In this document: positions 1 through 64,000 of the stretch, piece after piece
Layout: each line of letters begins with the position of its first letter
How positions within the stretch are numbered: position 1 is the stretch's first letter
Assembly (NCBI RefSeq): GCF_009914755.1
Contig: NC_060933.1
Length of the DNA: 64,000 bases
Strand: one strand, 5' to 3'
Source of the DNA: the human T2T-CHM13v2.0 reference genome, Homo sapiens
Notes under the pieces: model-generated
What the model was told of the DNA's origin: nothing
The model's input: the letters and a program-made list of their open reading frames with translations, nothing else
The model's database searches: none
Translations under genes and position numbers: made by a program

Positions 1-1
1 G

Positions 2-56853
<56,852 letters not shown>

Positions 56854-56870
56854 CCCTCCGCCCCACCATG

Positions 56871-56876
56871 AATAAA
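56871..56876 (+). terminator. Proximal polyadenylation signal AATAAA of CCDC180 (further AATAAA at 57189 and 57227)
   Basis: AATAAA 17 nt after the stop, followed by pyrimidine-rich sequence. Confidence 0.7.
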
Positions 56877-57868
56877 CACTTTCTTATACAGACTCCTTCC
56901 CTGTCCATCTACCTGCCTACCTACTTTCCGTCCATCCCTCCCTCCCTTCATCCCTCCACCCCTGCTCTGTGCCGGGCACTGTAGCTTTACCAGCGAACAG
57001 GACACAGCATGGTCCCTGCCCACGTGGAGCCCTCTTCCCATGAGGAAGGCAAGCATGAAAGGGGAATTCCACGTGGTTAGCAGGGAGGGTGAGTACCAGG
57101 AATCAGTCACTTCAAATAGGCACCAGAGCTTCAAAGGACATCACCTCCAAACAGCATGCTGGGCAGGGCACGTCATCTTGAAAAATGAAATAAAGGTCAT
57201 GGGAAAATGATATTTTAATTTAACAGAATAAACAAGTATGGGTTATAATTGCAACTCTGCACTGGTTCCTAGACCCAACAAATAACTAATCCAATGTTGA
57301 TTGGTATTTGTGCCACAATTTGTCTGAGCAAATTGCAATATTTTGGAAAAAAAAAAATCTTCCAGGCTCCTTTAGTCCTGTGTTGCCCAGATCATTCTCT
57401 TGGAGTCCTCCAGCCTGCCAGTCTCTTGTTCGTCAACTCTCTTCTTCAATTACATGGCGTGAGCGTACAGCCTTCATTTGTCGGTAGCTGTGTGTGTCAT
57501 CTGGACAGGTTTCCTCAGCCATAGACCTAGGAGGCCCCAGCTCCCAAATTTCCAGCCCCTGAAAGCTGTGTGACCCTCCAAGTGCAGTTCCCTCACCTGG
57601 GGACACTCACTCTGCTCTCCTGGTTTGCTCCACCCAGTGAGGCCCTGCTTGGTTAGCTTGGTTAGCTTGGTGGCCTTTGTGCACTGAAGCCAGGAGAGTG
57701 AGGAGTCCCCTTCCATCAAGGCAAAAGCAATCTCCTGTTCTTTTCTGTGCTCCCCCCACCCCCACCCCAATGTGCTACCTTTCATTGCTTATTATTCCGA
57801 AAGGAATATATGCGCATTGTAGAAAAAAGAATTTATGAAACCAGCAAAAGGATAACTTTAAAATCCTG

Positions 57869-58187
<319 letters not shown>

Positions 58188-59229
58188 CTAGAGACAGTCA
58201 CTGTCCATAGCATCTTTCCATGTATGTGAGTTATTTTTATAAAATGGAATCATAACATGCATTAGGTTCCATAAACTGCTTGGTAAATGTTAACTGGATA
58301 AACCCTATGCCATATCCTTCAGTATTCATTTACATCATTGGTTTTCATACTTTTCTGACTCTGACCCACTGTATAAACATGTTCTAAACACACGGTCCTT
58401 GCACACATACACAACTTGAGACCAACAGGTCACAGGACAGCACTTAACCTTACTAGAAAGGCTGCTTTCTAATATTTTCTCCCTGCTTTTTAAATCCTAG
58501 CCCAGTCCACTAACTCAGTTCATGGCCCACAAAGGGGCTTTGATTGCAGTGTGGGACACTGTCATTTAAACAGCTGCAGAGTGTTCCCACTGCCTGGGGA
58601 ACCAGATCGCCTCTGTCGGACAAGGGCGAGGATGTCCCATGCAGGGCTCCTAGAAAGAAGGCAGAGATGACATCCTCCCACATTAGCTCTTTGTACACAT
58701 CTGTAATCATTCCTTAATCAGAGGGTGGCAGCTGTGGACATGGTGCCAAGTCACCCTCCAGGGAAACAGGCCACCCCCTCCCACCATTAAGCAGTGCCCA
58801 TTGCCCATTGCCCATTGCCCATTTTTCTCGTCCACACCAAGGGTTCTAGTTTCAGGATTTGGGGGAAATTTTTTGCTGGTTTGGTTGGTGAGAAATCATA
58901 TCTAAATCACTTTTCTAATAGTGAGTGAGACTGGACTCTCATCACCCCTATACCTGTACCCCAGGGACCCCCTTAGGCTCAAGAGGCCCAGCTTGACAAG
59001 CACTGAAGGAACCCAATGCCACTTTGTCTACCTTTTGGCTACTGTAGATCCACACAAAAACTTGTTCATGACTGCCCGTAGCAGCACTAAAAAATAGTGC
59101 TGTTATATCTAAGACTCCATTGCCTAAAAGATAGTGCTGCTATGAGCAGTCATGAACAAGTTTTTGTGTGGATGCATATTTTCATTTCTCTTGGGTATAT
59201 ACCAATTACTAGGTCAAAAAGTAACTCTA

Positions 59230-59533
<304 letters not shown>

Positions 59534-59969
59534 GTAACTGTATGCTTAACTTTTTGAGAAAGTGCCAGACTGTTTCCCAAAGTAGCTGTACCACTTTATA
59601 TCAGTCTTGGCAGTATATAAAGGCTCTGATTTCTCCACATCATTGCCAAATCTTATTATTATCTGACTTTTGGATGATAACCATCCCAGTAGGTGTGAAG
59701 TTGTATCTCATTATAGTCTTAATTTGCATTTGCGATGACTAATGATGTTGAGTATCTTTTCATGTGCTTATTGGCCATTTGAATATCTTCTCTGGAGAAA
59801 TGTATTCAAGTTCTTTATCAATTTTTAATTAGATTACTTTTATTATTGAGTTGTTAGAGTTCTTTATATATTCAAGCCACTGGACCCTTATCAGACATAT
59901 GATTTGCAAATATTTTCTCCCAATTGTATGTTGTTTTCACTTACAAAATTATCTCTAGATCAGTTGTAA

Positions 59970-60444
<475 letters not shown>

Positions 60445-60612
60445 TAGAGTTGTATAGTTTTAATTCTTCTACTTAGGTCTTTGATCCATTTTAAGTTAAT
60501 TTTGTACATAGCGGTAAGTGTTCAACTTTATTCTCTTGCATTTGGCTACCAGTTGTTCCAGCACCATTTCTTGAAAATACTGATCTTTCCCCCATTAAAT
60601 TGTCTTGGCACC

Positions 60613-61447
60613 TGTGATATAGTGAAATACATGTTTGGTTTTCTTCCCCATGTTCTGATGTGCAGCTCCTAAAACCCTTAGAATCTCTGGAGTGATAAGA
60701 GTGTCTTTTGTATGCTAATGAGACGACTGGTGGCTGGGGACCCCTGGACAGCTTCAGGACAGGGGCTGGTCAACAGAAAGATCAAGGCATGGTTAGAGGA
60801 CTGAGACTCTCAGCCCCAAACCCCAAGGAGTTGATAACTAAGTTATCAACTAATGATCAATGATCAATTATTTAGTCAATCATGCCTATGTAATGCAGCA
60901 TCCATAAAACTCCAAAAGCACAGCATTCTGGGAGCTTCCAGATAGCTGGCCACATGGAGATTCCTGGAGGGAGGCATGCCCAGCAAGATCATGGAAGCTC
61001 CGTGCCCCTTCTCCCATTCCTTGCCCTAAGTATCGCCTCCATCTGGTTGTTTGTCTGTATCCTTTATTAATAAACAAGTAAATGTAAGTAAAGTGTTTCC
61101 CTGAGTTCTGTGAGCTGCTCTAGCAAATTAATAAAACCCAAGGAGGAAGTTATGGGAACCCTGATTTAGAGCCAGTTTCTCAAGAATACTCACTTACTGG
61201 CATCTAAAGTTTCTCAAGTACTACTCACTATTGGCATCTAAAAGTGGAGGGCAGTCTTGTGGGACTGGGCCCTCAGCCTGTCTCCAGGTAGACGATATCA
61301 GAATGGAATTGAATTAGAGGACCCCTAATGCCCACTGCAGAATTGCTGGGTGTGTGGGGAGATGACCTTCACACATCCGGTATCAGACGTATTGTATTGA
61401 GTGGTGTGTGAGTAGAGGGAAAAGCCACTTTTTCCCTATATCTTACA
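60613..61447 (+). mobile_element. MER21-like LTR
   Basis: TG...CA ends; ggagcttccagatagctg and ctgagttctgtgagctgctctagcaaatt motifs. Confidence 0.7.
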
Positions 61448-61749
61448 TATTGGATGCCTTTTCATTTTATTTCCTTGCCTAATTGCCCAGGCTAAAACCT
61501 CTAGTACAATGTTGAATAAAAGTGTCAAGAGCTGACATCCTTGTCTTGTCCCTGTTCATGCAAGGAAAGCATCTGGTCTTTCACCATTCAGCATCATGTT
61601 AGCTGTGGATTTCTTCTGGTGTTCTTTACTATGCCAAGGAAATTCCCTTCTGTTTTTTATTTGTTGAGTTTTTATCATGAAGTGATATTGGATATTGTCA
61701 ATTGCCTTTCCTGCATCGATTGTGATGCTTTTTGAAAATGTGATTTTTA

Positions 61750-62082
<333 letters not shown>

Positions 62083-63414
62083 TTACATTCACTGTTACTG
62101 TTCAAAGTCACCAACAAATCATAGGCAGAACCAGCTTGAGATCCAGAGTGTCAATCTAAAATAATTTAAAAGGTTACGATCTGATTTAAAGAGAGTTTAT
62201 TCAAGCACACAGTGTGAAGGTGGCCATCTGGGGAGCAGAGCTACAATGAAGAATGGTGATCAGTGCTTCAGTGTGTGGGGAAAAATGAGGACCATTTATA
62301 CAGGCAAAACAGAGGTGCTGAACAGAACTACAGCACTGTCCGTACAAAGGCTGACATATGGATATACTGACTACACTCTAAGAGAGTTGTTTAACACTCT
62401 ATTGTAAAAAGGCAACAGTCCCAAGGGTCTCTGTCTGCACCTCTTTTAGTCTAGGTTTGAATAAAGAGCAGAGAGTCTGGTTAATGTATAACATCTCAAT
62501 GCAAAGGTCAGAAAGTAAAGGTCATGCACCAAAGAAGAAAAACAGTCATATTATGTGAGTCAGCTTCCAGGACTTTTCCCTTTGGCATAATAAATTTGGA
62601 AGATCCTGAAACTTAATTTTCTTTTTATAAGAGGCTCCTAGAAACTGGACTAAGACTTCAAGTTCATCCTCTTAAACTGTACCCTGTTGCTGCCAAGGTG
62701 CCAAGGCCCAACAGGGCCAAGACAAATGTCTGGGTCTACATTGAGCTTTACAAGAGACCCCCTCTTGGCACCCTGGAGAATGCTGGCTCTTGCTCCAGTG
62801 AGAAGCTTGTTTTTTAGGTAAGGAAAGTGAAGCCCCTGGCACTAGGTTTAGAAGGCCTTCCTCAAGTCTGCAGACCCCCTCCACCAAGGGCTCTACAGTC
62901 AAGGAAGTTATGCAGAACACACCAGAAAATCGCACCAAGAATCAGGAAGATCTCAACTTGGATGAGAACAGACAATCAGTATGTGTGAATACCAAGATGC
63001 CAGATGTTGGAATTATCTGACAGTGGTTTGAAATAGCCATAATAATAATGTTTTAATAAGCAATTATAAACACACTTGAAACAAATGAAAAATTAGAAAA
63101 TCGTAACAAAAAAATAGAAGAAAGAAATCCAAGTGGAAGCTTCAACTGAAAAATATAATAACCAAAATTTAAAAACTCAATGTGTAGGCTCAACAGGTTT
63201 CAAAAGTGAGGAGAAAGAATCTATGAACAAAAAGAACAACAGAAATGACCAATCTAAACAACAGGGAGGGGAATGAACAGAGTCAGAGAAGCAGAGGGGA
63301 AGCACTTGGGGTGAGTGCAGGGCAGTGCCTGTTTACCACCCTGATTGGAAGCATTTCAGTATTTTAGTTGGTATGGCTGTATCCCTGCATGCCTGTGGAT
63401 CATCAGTTTGGAGG

Positions 63415-64000
63415 CATAAAACCCCAAAAGGACAGGATTCTGGGAGCTTCCAGATAGCTGGCCACATGGAGATTCCTGGAGGGAGGCACGCCCAGAAAGG
63501 TCATGGAAGCTCCGTGCCCCTTCTTCCATTCCCTGCCCTATGTATTGCCTCCATCTGGCTGTTTATCTGCATCCTTTATTAATAAACAAGTAGGCCAGGT
63601 GCAGTGGCTCACATCTGTAATCCCAGCCCTTTGGGAGGCTGAGGCGGGCGGATCACAAGGTCAAGAAATCGAGACCATCCTGGCCAACATGGTGAAACCC
63701 CATCTGTACTAAAAATGCAAAAATTAGCTGGGCACGGTGGCATGCATCTGTAGTCCCAGATACTCAGGAGGCTGAGGCAGGAGAATCACTTGAACCCGGG
63801 AGGCAGAGGTTGCAGTGAGCTGAGAGCGCCACTGCACTCCAGCCTGGCGACAGAATGAGACTCCGTCTCAATAAGTAAATAAACAAACAACTAAATGTAA
63901 GTAAAGTGTTTACCTGAGTTCTGTGAGCTGCTCTAGCAAATTAATCAAGCCCAAGAAGGAAGTTACAGGAACCCTGATTTACAGCCAGTTTCTAAAGAAT
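63415..64000 (+). mobile_element. Second MER21-like LTR fragment interrupted by an Alu (63593-63890)
   Basis: closely matches 60905-61190. Confidence 0.7.

Overview
Human (primate) genomic DNA with no prokaryotic features or CRISPR arrays. The + strand carries the 3' part of CCDC180 (C9orf174/CFAP76): 27 coding exons I traced by hand from 85 to the stop at 56851-56853. All are GT-AG and phase-consistent, about 1,297 aa in total, followed by an AATAAA 17 nt after the stop. The introns are repeat-rich (Alus, L1s, solo LTRs, DNA transposons) and include the MER53-derived MIR1302-8 hairpin on the - strand. The most unusual region is the 12.6-kb intron 10727-23299. There one Alu is split by a full-length L1PA6-like element carrying a probable ~1.15-kb 3' transduction, with an LTR13 solo LTR inside the L1 5'UTR and a 126-bp tandem duplication of the L1/Alu junction. 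The L1's antisense ORF0-like frame has splice donors in frame with the next CCDC180 exon. Other oddities are a minisatellite made of 3' splice sites, a 111-nt in-frame exitron, a templated-insertion hairpin, a ~110-bp inverted duplication and a young AluYb. These are structural observations; no new biological system is demonstrated by sequence alone. Repeat subfamily names come from recalled consensus sequences and repeat boundaries are approximate unless TSDs are given.
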